Source of the DNA: Promethearchaeota archaeon | Lineage (GTDB): Archaea > Asgardarchaeota > Lokiarchaeia > Sigyniarchaeales > SOKP01 | Direction of reading: 5' to 3' | Assembly (NCBI GenBank): GCA_048937405.1 | Contig: JBHLNF010000001.1 | Location: forward strand, 192,001-256,000 | DNA length: 64,000 nucleotides | Shown here: one piece after another, positions 9,950 to 19,376 of the stretch | How positions within the stretch are numbered: the stretch's first letter is position 1 | How the letters are laid out: each line of letters opens with the position of its first letter | The notes under the pieces: generated by a model | Seen by the model: only the letters and a program-made list of their open reading frames with translations | Databases searched by the model: none | What the model was told of the DNA's origin: nothing | Made by a program: the position numbers and the translations under genes

Positions 9950-11260
9950 TTAAATTTTTTTATTGAAGTAATATATATTTTTTAATTTTTGTTTGATTTG
10001 ACCAATTGTCCAAATTAATTTATTTGCACTAAGAGTTTCTGAAAAACAAACTAAATTTTTAAGATTAAATTTTTGATAATTCAAACTGTTCATAATAATA
10101 TTCAAATTAGAACTTGAGAGAATTAAATGTTCAATTCTATCATTTTTAGATACATTTTCGAAAGTTTTATTTAATTGGGTTATAAGTTTATGCGAATGAT
10201 TGATAATTATCGTGTTAAAATCTTTCGTAATAGATTGTGCTACTATACTATCATTTAAATTAGTAATAAAAAACATAGTTTTTGAAAAATTTGATATCAT
10301 ACTATCCAACAGGTTCTTTAAGTGAAAAGTATATTTTGAAAAATTGCTTAATAATTCATAAAATGCATTATAAAGGCTATAAATTAAATTTGGATAAATA
10401 CTTGTATAATAAATAGACACATCAAATTTCATTTTTAAAATGTTTGTAAGGTCTTTAAGATACTCTTTTCTAGATCCTTTCTCTATTAAATCAATTTTAT
10501 GGATGAAAAGAATTAGTTGAGCAGTATAGGAGTTATCTTGTAAAATTTCAATGACTTGTTTGATATCCTCCATGATTAATTGTTCATTTGTAATCCATGT
10601 TGGATAATCAAAGAGATATACTATAAAGTCAGTATTCTCAAATGCTAGAATTTGGTCATTATTTTTATTATTTTCCAGAAGTTGACTGAGTTCTTGTCCA
10701 GAAGAATCAAATAAACCTACCTTCAAATCTAACCATGAATAAACTGATGGCGATATTCCTCGAGTCGGTTCTAAAGGATTTGTTATTAAATTTATTGGAT
10801 CATATCCTTCAAAGACAATTTTCTTAATAGTTGTTTTTCCTGTACCTGGTCTACCAATTATCAATATCTTTTTAGCTGAAGACTTAATAAAAAAAGTATC
10901 AATTTTCTCTTGGAAATATTTTTTTTTATCATCTTCAGATTTTCCTAAGAATTTTCTGGCAAATTTAATAAATTCAGATTTTTGATTATATAAATTAATC
11001 TTTTCTTTTTCTTCCAGTATAATAAGAATTATTTCATATCCAATCTCAGAAACTTTTGATTTATCACAATAACTAAGTATAATATTATCTTTATATGTAA
11101 TTTCAATTAACTCACCCTTCTTAAAATCATCTTCATAGGAATGAGTCATATATATTTTATTGATTAATTCATCCGTTAGTTTTAATTCTAAAGGATATTT
11201 CAGCTCAAGCGTAGCACCCATTTTAGTATCCCAACTAAAAAACGCTAAACCTTTAACCAT
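9950..11260 (-). CDS. Longin/uDENN-like N-terminus plus Rag/Gtr-like GTPase plus roadblock-like C-terminus
   Basis: FSWDTKMGATLELKYP; GRPGTGKT, PTRG, DSSGQ, HKID, YTSI. Confidence 0.75.
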   Translation of the reverse strand: MVKGLAFFSWDTKMGATLELKYPLELKLTDELINKIYMTHSYEDDFKKGELIEITYKDNIILSYCDKSKVSEIGYEIILIILEEKEKINLYNQKSEFIKFARKFLGKSEDDKKKYFQEKIDTFFIKSSAKKILIIGRPGTGKTTIKKIVFEGYDPINLITNPLEPTRGISPSVYSWLDLKVGLFDSSGQELSQLLENNKNNDQILAFENTDFIVYLFDYPTWITNEQLIMEDIKQVIEILQDNSYTAQLILFIHKIDLIEKGSRKEYLKDLTNILKMKFDVSIYYTSIYPNLIYSLYNAFYELLSNFSKYTFHLKNLLDSMISNFSKTMFFITNLNDSIVAQSITKDFNTIIINHSHKLITQLNKTFENVSKNDRIEHLILSSSNLNIIMNSLNYQKFNLKNLVCFSETLSANKLIWTIGQIKQKLKNIYYFNKKI

Positions 11261-11266
11261 TAAATC

Positions 11267-13411
11267 TCAACTCTCTATTTTTTCTTTTAATTTTTTAGTT
11301 ATAGTAAAAGTAAATGTTGATCCTGTACCTAATACGCTATTAAATGTTATACTTCCTCCATGTAATTCTACAAGCCTTTTGGTTAATGATAATCCAAGTC
11401 CGGTCCCAGGAACAGAGCGTACATATGTAGAATCTACTCTTTTAAATTCCTTGAAGATCAGAGAAAAATCTTTTTGATCTATTCCAATACCTGTATCATT
11501 TACTTTAAAAACCCATTGACCATATTTTTCTTGTATTTTTACTGTAATTTGACCTTCAAGAGTAAATTTAATAGCATTACTTAAGAGATTCAATAAAATT
11601 TCTTTGAATCGAATTGGATCTGCATAAATATATTTTTTTTCATCTAATCCTTTAATCTTTAATTTAAGGTTCTTTCTATTATACATAGGCTTTAAGCTTG
11701 ATTTAATTTGTTCAAATATGTTATTTAATGAAACCTTTTGAATATTCAAGTTTATTTGTCCAGATTCTATTTTTGATATATCTAAAATATGTTTAATCAT
11801 ATCAAATTGATGTTCTGCAGAATTTTTTATATCGGTAACAAATTCCTTTTGTTCATCATTTATTTGACCATAAACACCCTCTAATAATAAATCAGAAAAT
11901 CCAATAATAGCATTTAAAGGAGTCCTTAATTCATGTGACATTGTAGCCATGAATTCTGTTTTAAACTGAGAAGACTTTACTATTTGATCCATGTATAATT
12001 TCTGCTGTTCAAGGGTTTTATTTAACTCTTTAGTTCTATCCTGAACTTTTTGTTCTAATTCATCTTTAAATTTCTCTTCTAAAAGTTCTGAGGTCTTTTT
12101 TTCAGTAATATCTTTAAAAATCAGTTGAAATAGAGTTCCAGGCTTCTGTTTTATAATAGAAGCTTGAATTTCAACCCAAATACTTTCTCCATCCTGTTTT
12201 TTTAACTCAACCTCAACAGGTTTTGGAAAATTATTTTCAAAATTGGCATGAAAAATTTTCTTAAAATAAAGCTTAACTTCAAAAGGAAAGAAGTTGATAA
12301 GCTCATCTATTGATTTTTGAATAAAATAATCCCTTTCATAACCAAATATTTTGTCTGTAGTAAAATTAGCATCAACAACAATTCCATTAAAGTTTATTAT
12401 TAATATGGCATTTGGTGAGTTATCAAATAAATCTTTGTATCTTTTTTCAACAAAAATTTGATCAGTTATATCCCTCGAAATAACAAGAATTCTCACTTGC
12501 CCATCTTTATTTATAAAATTTTTAAAATTACATTCATGCCATAGCCAATGGCCCTCTTTATGTTTAATTCGCAATTTTATAGTACTTTTTTCACTTTTTA
12601 ATGGATCTTTTAATAATTTTGATATCTTTCCTTTATCTTTTGGATGAAGAAAATCCAGATATGATTTTTCCAATATCTCTTTCTTTTTGTATCCTAGCAG
12701 TTTAAATGCTATTTTTTCATTAAAATATTTAACTATTAATTTCAAACTAAGAATTATGATTAAATCATTTATATTTTCTTCAATGCGAATATGTTTCTCT
12801 TCTGATTCTTTCAACATTTTTTTTATTATATAATGTTCTATACCATTTCCAATAATTTGTGAAGATAATCGTAAAATTGATAACTGTGTCTCATTCGACT
12901 CTTTATGTATTGAATCATTTAAATATCCAATAAATCCTGCTAAGTCTTTTCTAATATATAGTGGAAACACCAATAGAGATCTGATATTATTAAGATTTAA
13001 TAACCTTTTTGTAGCTTTTGCTTCATCAGTTAAACTAGAAATATCATAAATATTGATAATTTTTCCTTTTCTAAGTTGATTATTCCACCATGGAAATTTT
13101 AAAAGCCATGAATTGTTAAAGTATTCAAATAACGGTTTAATTCCTTTTGCACACCATTCATACGTATTTTTTAAATTAATCTCATTAAAATTAATAATAT
13201 ATAAAACAACCCGACTCGCTTTGTTTAAAAACCCAATATCACGTAATGTAGCATTAATAATATCATTAATCTCGATATCTCCAAAGAATCGAGATGAAAT
13301 TGTTGAAATCAAAGTTTCTAAATCTGACCAAAATTGAACCAGACATTTTACATTTTGTTTTACATCATTTTTTTCTCCAAAAATATTTTCTTTGTTGTGA
13401 ATTCCACTCAT
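11267..13411 (-). CDS. GAF-PAS-PAS sensor histidine kinase
   Basis: NTYEWCAKG (GAF), FLHPKD (PAS), MSHELRTPLNAIIGF, NLLSNAIKFT, DTGIGI, GTGLGL. Confidence 0.95.
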   Translation of the reverse strand: MSGIHNKENIFGEKNDVKQNVKCLVQFWSDLETLISTISSRFFGDIEINDIINATLRDIGFLNKASRVVLYIINFNEINLKNTYEWCAKGIKPLFEYFNNSWLLKFPWWNNQLRKGKIINIYDISSLTDEAKATKRLLNLNNIRSLLVFPLYIRKDLAGFIGYLNDSIHKESNETQLSILRLSSQIIGNGIEHYIIKKMLKESEEKHIRIEENINDLIIILSLKLIVKYFNEKIAFKLLGYKKKEILEKSYLDFLHPKDKGKISKLLKDPLKSEKSTIKLRIKHKEGHWLWHECNFKNFINKDGQVRILVISRDITDQIFVEKRYKDLFDNSPNAILIINFNGIVVDANFTTDKIFGYERDYFIQKSIDELINFFPFEVKLYFKKIFHANFENNFPKPVEVELKKQDGESIWVEIQASIIKQKPGTLFQLIFKDITEKKTSELLEEKFKDELEQKVQDRTKELNKTLEQQKLYMDQIVKSSQFKTEFMATMSHELRTPLNAIIGFSDLLLEGVYGQINDEQKEFVTDIKNSAEHQFDMIKHILDISKIESGQINLNIQKVSLNNIFEQIKSSLKPMYNRKNLKLKIKGLDEKKYIYADPIRFKEILLNLLSNAIKFTLEGQITVKIQEKYGQWVFKVNDTGIGIDQKDFSLIFKEFKRVDSTYVRSVPGTGLGLSLTKRLVELHGGSITFNSVLGTGSTFTFTITKKLKEKIES

Positions 13412-13476
13412 AATTTAACTTTAATTTAATCTATCTTATACATTTTTGATACAAATAATATCTATTCAATAAAAGA

Positions 13477-14166
13477 TCATTCACAATGATCTTTGGGAAA
13501 TTGTTCTTCAAGAGCTTTCATAATATCGTTGCAAGAATCCAAGATCATGTTAATGTAATTCATAATCTCAGGTCTAGATATTTTTCTATTTATATTTTGA
13601 TCTATTATTAACTCACCAAATCCTCGAATTGTGTTAATTCCACTCCGAATCTGCATATTTATGGATTCTAAAGGTAGGATTTCATCTTTTTGCATATAAA
13701 TCTTATTTATTTCTTTAATAAAATTCTCAAATTCATTTTTATCATCAGACAAAATTTTATTACGTTTAATTTTATGAAAAATCATTCCAATTTTTTTGAA
13801 ATGAAGTATTGGTATTATAGAATAGCCAACATCCCGAAGTAGTATTATAGCATATAATTGTTTTCCTCCCCTTGCTGATAAATCCTCTATTTCGATCTTA
13901 TAGATTTGGGCATAAAAATTATTAAAATCTAATATAACAAATTGATTTTTAGTATTTAGCGCGTCTCTTAAAAGATTTTTTACAAATTCTTCATTTTTCA
14001 GAGGAATTTGAGAATATAGGGCTCTTGGACCTAATGTATGATCATATTTTCCAATAATCATAATAAAAGGATATTTTTCTAAATTATGCTTAAGAGTTGA
14101 ATAAATATCAAGATTTTCCTCTTCACGTTTATTTTTAAATTGGATATCTTTTATAATTTCTTTCAT
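13477..14166 (-). CDS. Longin/uDENN-like domain fused to a degenerate (His-less) HisKA-like helical hairpin
   Basis: GKYDHTLGPRALYSQIP and ARGG..YAIILL; C-terminal NMQIRSGINTIRGFGELI aligns with SHELRTPLNAIIGFSDLL. Confidence 0.6.
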   Translation of the reverse strand: MKEIIKDIQFKNKREEENLDIYSTLKHNLEKYPFIMIIGKYDHTLGPRALYSQIPLKNEEFVKNLLRDALNTKNQFVILDFNNFYAQIYKIEIEDLSARGGKQLYAIILLRDVGYSIIPILHFKKIGMIFHKIKRNKILSDDKNEFENFIKEINKIYMQKDEILPLESINMQIRSGINTIRGFGELIIDQNINRKISRPEIMNYINMILDSCNDIMKALEEQFPKDHCE

Positions 14167-14375
14167 TTTTTTTCCATGTAAATTAAATGATATATACTAA
14201 ATCTTAAGAATAAAAAAATCCTTATTGAAAGAAGTTTTTTATCCTTAGAATGATTTCTAAATTAATTGGAAAAGAATTGATATTTAATCTTTACTATTTA
14301 ATAAAGTGTATGAGTTATTAGGAAAAAAAAGAAATTTTTGTACAAATTTATATAATAGAAGCATATTAATAATTT

Positions 14376-15860
14376 ATGTCGGAATCCGCAAATACTATTA
14401 TAAAATATTTCTGCGATCGCTTTTTAGATATTGAATACTATCCTTCTAATTTGAAGGCAATTTTGGATTTTGATTTGCATAAAATAAAAAATATTAAAAA
14501 AGAAGATTTGCTGAAATTCCAGAAATTTAATATAAAAACCTTTCGAGATCTATGTAATTTAGATCAATCTGATTATGATCGGTTGATAAATCATTCATTT
14601 ATAGAAAAAAATCTACTAAATAATATTATTATTGCAGCAACTTTAATTGCTAATTCATGGAATAAAAGAAGTATTTACTTGAATAAACCAAAAATGAAAG
14701 TTGTTGTGGCTGGTCTTGATTTTGCAGGTAAAACATCTTTAATTAATAGATTGATTCACGATTATAACTACAATGATATGAATAATATTGAGCCAACAAT
14801 AGGGACAAATATAGAAGAATATCACTCAAAATGGCTGAATTTAATATTATGGGACTTAGGTGGCCAAAAGGATAATATAAATGAATATTTAGAATCTCCA
14901 GAAAAATTTTTTGTACAATTAGATGTTTTAATTTTTGTCATTGATGCCCAAGATGATAATAGATATAATGAAGCGGTTCGTTATTTGAATGATTTAATTG
15001 AAATATTTACATTTTTAAATGAAAATCCATATATCCTTGTATTGATAAATAAAGTAGATTCTGATATAGCAGAGGATCCAGATTTTCAAATTAAACTTGA
15101 ATATTTAATGGATAAAATAACTAATATCTTTATTAATAGTCAAAAATCATGGAATTTTGAGCTCATACCTACAAGTATCTATAATTTTTATTCTTCAGAA
15201 CCCGAGATTGCTAAAAGCATTAAAAAAATCTTTACAAAAGAAAAATCAGAAACACATTTGGATACTATAACGGAAATTAATGAGAAATTAGAAAGAATTT
15301 TAAATATAAACCTAGAATTAATGGATAAAATAGTATCTGATTTTTCCAAAATAAAACAAACCTTATTTAGATTTACACACTCTAATGTTTCTCAATCACT
15401 ATTTAACATTCCAATTCAGGATGTTCCCTGCAAGAATAGTTTTGATAAACAAAAAACAAATCAGAAAGATAGGACAAAGAAAAAAGAATCGAAAAAAAAA
15501 GAATTAAAAAAGAGAGAAAGAATAAAAAAAGTTATAGGTCCCCCGAAACGTTTAGAATCTATTATATCACCAAATGAAATTACACAAAATATAAAAAATA
15601 ATCATAAAATTACTGAAGAAAAATTGAAAGAAATAAAAAACGATTTAACCCCAACTCCTAAATCGTCTGATTTACGATCAACCCCACCAATAGCTCCTAA
15701 AAAAGGTTATTTAAGTAAAGCTGATCTTAAACCTCCACCCCCGCCACCAAAAATTGCAATTAAAAATGATACTTCATTACAAGGGAATAGAAAACAAATT
15801 ATTTCAGAATTAAAGGAATTATTTATAAGAAGAGGGTTAGTCCCTCATAAAAATATTTAA
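14376..15860 (+). CDS. Arf-like GTPase with N-terminal helical (HhH-like) domain and C-terminal Lys/Pro-rich tail
   Basis: GLDFAGKT, PTIG, WDLGGQ, NKVD; PPPPPP followed by RKQIISELKELF. Confidence 0.8.
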   Translation: MSESANTIIKYFCDRFLDIEYYPSNLKAILDFDLHKIKNIKKEDLLKFQKFNIKTFRDLCNLDQSDYDRLINHSFIEKNLLNNIIIAATLIANSWNKRSIYLNKPKMKVVVAGLDFAGKTSLINRLIHDYNYNDMNNIEPTIGTNIEEYHSKWLNLILWDLGGQKDNINEYLESPEKFFVQLDVLIFVIDAQDDNRYNEAVRYLNDLIEIFTFLNENPYILVLINKVDSDIAEDPDFQIKLEYLMDKITNIFINSQKSWNFELIPTSIYNFYSSEPEIAKSIKKIFTKEKSETHLDTITEINEKLERILNINLELMDKIVSDFSKIKQTLFRFTHSNVSQSLFNIPIQDVPCKNSFDKQKTNQKDRTKKKESKKKELKKRERIKKVIGPPKRLESIISPNEITQNIKNNHKITEEKLKEIKNDLTPTPKSSDLRSTPPIAPKKGYLSKADLKPPPPPPKIAIKNDTSLQGNRKQIISELKELFIRRGLVPHKNI

Positions 15861-16400
15861 TTATCGTTTAGAACAAATGAAAAATATTATAATTCGTATG
15901 AATTGTCTTTTTAATATTCAATTTTATCGGATTATAAAATTTATATTCCGCTCTTTTCCCTAACTTATTAGAATGTGATGTTCTCCATCATATTATTTTA
16001 TTTGTATTTATTTAAAGTGTGTTTTATATTCCAAGATAAAATTTTTTCTTAAGATCTATTTTAAACTTATATCTAAATCAGTTTGAATGAAATAAATCTT
16101 GAAATCATTAAATTAAGGACTTTAGCAAGATAAAAAGATAATTTAATTCAAACTTATCAAATCTTATAATAAAGTGAATTTTTTATCTTTTACTTCTTAT
16201 GATTTCTACTACTATTCACAAATATGGAAGCGAAATATAAAGAATTACTTTAATACCTGTAATAAATCAAGTTTCTAACTAGTAAATTCAACTTTTTTTA
16301 CTAGTAATTTGTGATTTTTTAATGGACTATGCATTTCGAAAAAATTAAAAATATGAAATTTATTGCTTTTATGGAGTAATTAATAGAACATTATTTTATT

Positions 16401-18746
16401 ATGCGGAAAAAAATTCAATCATTAGAAAAATTCAAAATAAAAAATAGACCTTTTAATCATAATATTTTAGAGGTTATAGTAGAAATAAATCTAGATGGAA
16501 AGTTTATTTGTTTTAGTCCACAGGTTTATGATCTTTTCGGTTTTCGACCAAAAAAGTTAATCAAGCTAAATGAACAAAATTTCATCCATCCAGAAGATTT
16601 ATCACTTTATAGAGAAGTAATTGATAAGGTAAAAAACTTTAAAGAAACATTTATTGTAGATTTAAGAGTGAAGCACAATAAGGGATATTATGTCCCAATT
16701 TCATTAAAGGTTAATTTAATCTTACCTAATAATACAAAAAAAATAATTGGTATAATAAGAGATATTTCAGATATCAAAATTTCCAAGTTAAAATTTAAAG
16801 AATCTAAAGAGAAATATCTAAACATTATCAATAATATGATGGAAGGATATTTTGAAATTGATCTTAAGGGAAATTTTTTATATGCTAATGTGTATTTCTG
16901 TAAAACATTAAATTATTCTAAGGAAGAATTAATAGGAAAAAATTATCATTTTATTTATGAAAAAAAGACATGCGAACGTTTATTTAATATATTCACCCAA
17001 ATATATAAGACAGGGATACCTCATCCTCCAGAAGAAGTAATTAAAGTGGTAACAAATAAGGGTAAACTATTATATGTTGAAGGATCTATTCATTTATTAT
17101 ATGATTCTGAAGGATATAAGGTTGGATTTTATGGCTTAGCTCATGATACAACAAAAGAGATAAAAAACAATCAAAAATTAAAAGAATTCGAATTGAAATA
17201 TAGCAATATTCTCGAAAATATGATGGAAGGGTATTATGAAACTGATCTTAGGGGAAATTTTATATATGTTAATGCTGAGTATTGCAAAATTTTGGGATAT
17301 TCAAAAAAAGAATTATTAGGAAAGGATTATAGAACCTTTTATAATGTAGAGGGATTGAGTAATTTACAGAGTATTTTTACCAAAATATATAAAACTGGGA
17401 TACCTCACGCTCCAACAGGATTAGTAAAATTGGTGACAAAGAAAGGTAAACTTATATATTTTGAAGGTCCTGTTGATTTAATATATAGTTCGAAAGGAAA
17501 AAAGATAGGATTTTATGGGCTTATTCGTGATATAACAAAAAGAAAAATTGCGGAACAAAAATTAAAAGAGTCCGAAGAGAAATATCGAAGCATACTCGAA
17601 AATATGATGGAAGGATATTATGAAGTGGATTTAGAAAACAATATCATTTTTTTTAATGATTCTTTTAATAAGATATTAGGACATCCAAAAGAGAAATTAT
17701 CAAATGAAAAATTTGATTGGTTTTTAAGTTCTCATAGTAAAAAGAGATTTTCCTTACTTTTTAATAATTTATTAGAGAATAAAATGTCATTTTTAATTTC
17801 CCAGTTTGAAATAATAAATCAAAAAGGAGAAATTATAAATGTCGAAACTTCAATATATCAAAAACAAGATATGAAAGGAAATATAATCGGATTCGGAGGA
17901 TTATTGCGGGACATTTCTGAAAGGATGCAAATCGAAGAAATGAGAGAAGAATTTACTGAAGAACTCCAAAATCAAGTAGTTCAAAGAACTCAGGAACTAA
18001 ATGAAGCATTAGAAAAGCAAGAATTATACATTCAAGAGATATTGAAGTCTTCTCGTTTTAAAAGCGAATTTATGTCTGTGATGTCCCATGAGCTGAGGAC
18101 ACCTATGAATGCCATCATAGGTTTTTCTGATCTTTTGATGGAGGGGGATTTTGGTCAACTTAATGAAAATCAAAAAGACTTCTTATATGATATAAAAGGG
18201 TCTGCTAACCACTTACTAAATATAATTAATCATATACTTGATATCTCGAAAATAGAGTCAGGTAATTTGAATTTGAAGATAAAAAAGATTCAACTGGATA
18301 TAGTTATAAAACAAGTCAAAGGAACACTTAAAACTTTATTTGATAATAAGAATTTAACATTTAAGGTGATTGGGTTGAAAAAGAATAAGGTTATCAATGT
18401 AGATCCTATAAGGTTTAAAGAGATTCTTTTCAACCTATTAAGCAACGCAATTAAATTCACCTTAAAAGGAATTATTACTTTGAAAATTTCTGAAGATGAG
18501 ATGCTATGGAAATTTGACGTGATTGATACAGGTATTGGTATAGCTAAGGAAAATTTAGGGTTTATTTTTATGGATTTTAGAAGAATTGATGATCCCCATG
18601 TAAATTCAACAGAAGGAACTGGACTTGGCCTTTCTGTTACAAAAAGACTAGTCGAGCTCCATGGTGGAAGTATCAGTTTTACAAGCGAATTTGGGAAAGG
18701 ATCTACATTTTCCTTTACAATTCCTAAAGATTTAAAAGAAGGGTAA
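16401..18746 (+). CDS. Multi-PAS (4x) sensor histidine kinase
   Basis: FIHPED; three ENMMEGY-type PAS repeats; MSHELRTPMNA, NLLSNAIKFT, GTGLGL. Confidence 0.95.
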   Translation: MRKKIQSLEKFKIKNRPFNHNILEVIVEINLDGKFICFSPQVYDLFGFRPKKLIKLNEQNFIHPEDLSLYREVIDKVKNFKETFIVDLRVKHNKGYYVPISLKVNLILPNNTKKIIGIIRDISDIKISKLKFKESKEKYLNIINNMMEGYFEIDLKGNFLYANVYFCKTLNYSKEELIGKNYHFIYEKKTCERLFNIFTQIYKTGIPHPPEEVIKVVTNKGKLLYVEGSIHLLYDSEGYKVGFYGLAHDTTKEIKNNQKLKEFELKYSNILENMMEGYYETDLRGNFIYVNAEYCKILGYSKKELLGKDYRTFYNVEGLSNLQSIFTKIYKTGIPHAPTGLVKLVTKKGKLIYFEGPVDLIYSSKGKKIGFYGLIRDITKRKIAEQKLKESEEKYRSILENMMEGYYEVDLENNIIFFNDSFNKILGHPKEKLSNEKFDWFLSSHSKKRFSLLFNNLLENKMSFLISQFEIINQKGEIINVETSIYQKQDMKGNIIGFGGLLRDISERMQIEEMREEFTEELQNQVVQRTQELNEALEKQELYIQEILKSSRFKSEFMSVMSHELRTPMNAIIGFSDLLMEGDFGQLNENQKDFLYDIKGSANHLLNIINHILDISKIESGNLNLKIKKIQLDIVIKQVKGTLKTLFDNKNLTFKVIGLKKNKVINVDPIRFKEILFNLLSNAIKFTLKGIITLKISEDEMLWKFDVIDTGIGIAKENLGFIFMDFRRIDDPHVNSTEGTGLGLSVTKRLVELHGGSISFTSEFGKGSTFSFTIPKDLKEG
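16811..17960 (+). repeat. Tandem PAS-domain duplication with 384-bp period
   Basis: gaaatat...aatatgatggaagg recurs at 16811, 17195 and 17579. Confidence 0.75.
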
Positions 18747-18750
18747 AGAT

Positions 18751-19131
18751 TTGATAAAAAAAATATTTATCATTGATGATTATGAGAGAAATTTAAGGTT
18801 ATATAAAGCGACATTTAATGGTGCCCCTAATTTAGATATCATTACGGAGAGAGATGGGATAAAAGGTTTAGAGATGTTAAAAGAGAGTAATCCAGATCTG
18901 ATTATTTTAGACTATAAACTAACAAATATAACTGGTGTTGAGATATGCAAAGAGTTAAGAAAAATAGAAAAATTCAAAGATATTCCAATAATTATGGTTT
19001 CTTCAACCCCTATTGAAAAAGATGTTGATAGAGCAACCTATTTTAAGGAAGCTGGTTTTAATTTATATTTCTCAAAACCAATAAACATTAAAAAATTTAG
19101 AGAAATCATAAAAAATCTATTATTCAAATAA
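18751..19131 (+). CDS. Single-domain response regulator
   Basis: IIDD, LIILDYKL, VSS, FSKP; 4 nt after the histidine kinase. Confidence 0.93.
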   Translation: MIKKIFIIDDYERNLRLYKATFNGAPNLDIITERDGIKGLEMLKESNPDLIILDYKLTNITGVEICKELRKIEKFKDIPIIMVSSTPIEKDVDRATYFKEAGFNLYFSKPINIKKFREIIKNLLFK

Positions 19132-19376
19132 TCATCTAATAAAACAATACTAGATTAAGTAGAACTATACTTTATAGATTTAAGTTTTTATTCCTTTGTT
19201 CTATAATTAGATTTTACTTTATAATTTTTTAAATATTTATTACCATATTATTTCTTTAAATAATTTAAAATTTCTGAGATTTGTAATTATTATGAAAGCT
19301 CTAATTAGATATGAATAATCTAACTGGTGGATTCTTTCTGTATCATTGTTTAATATTTCGAATTATGACATCTTCA

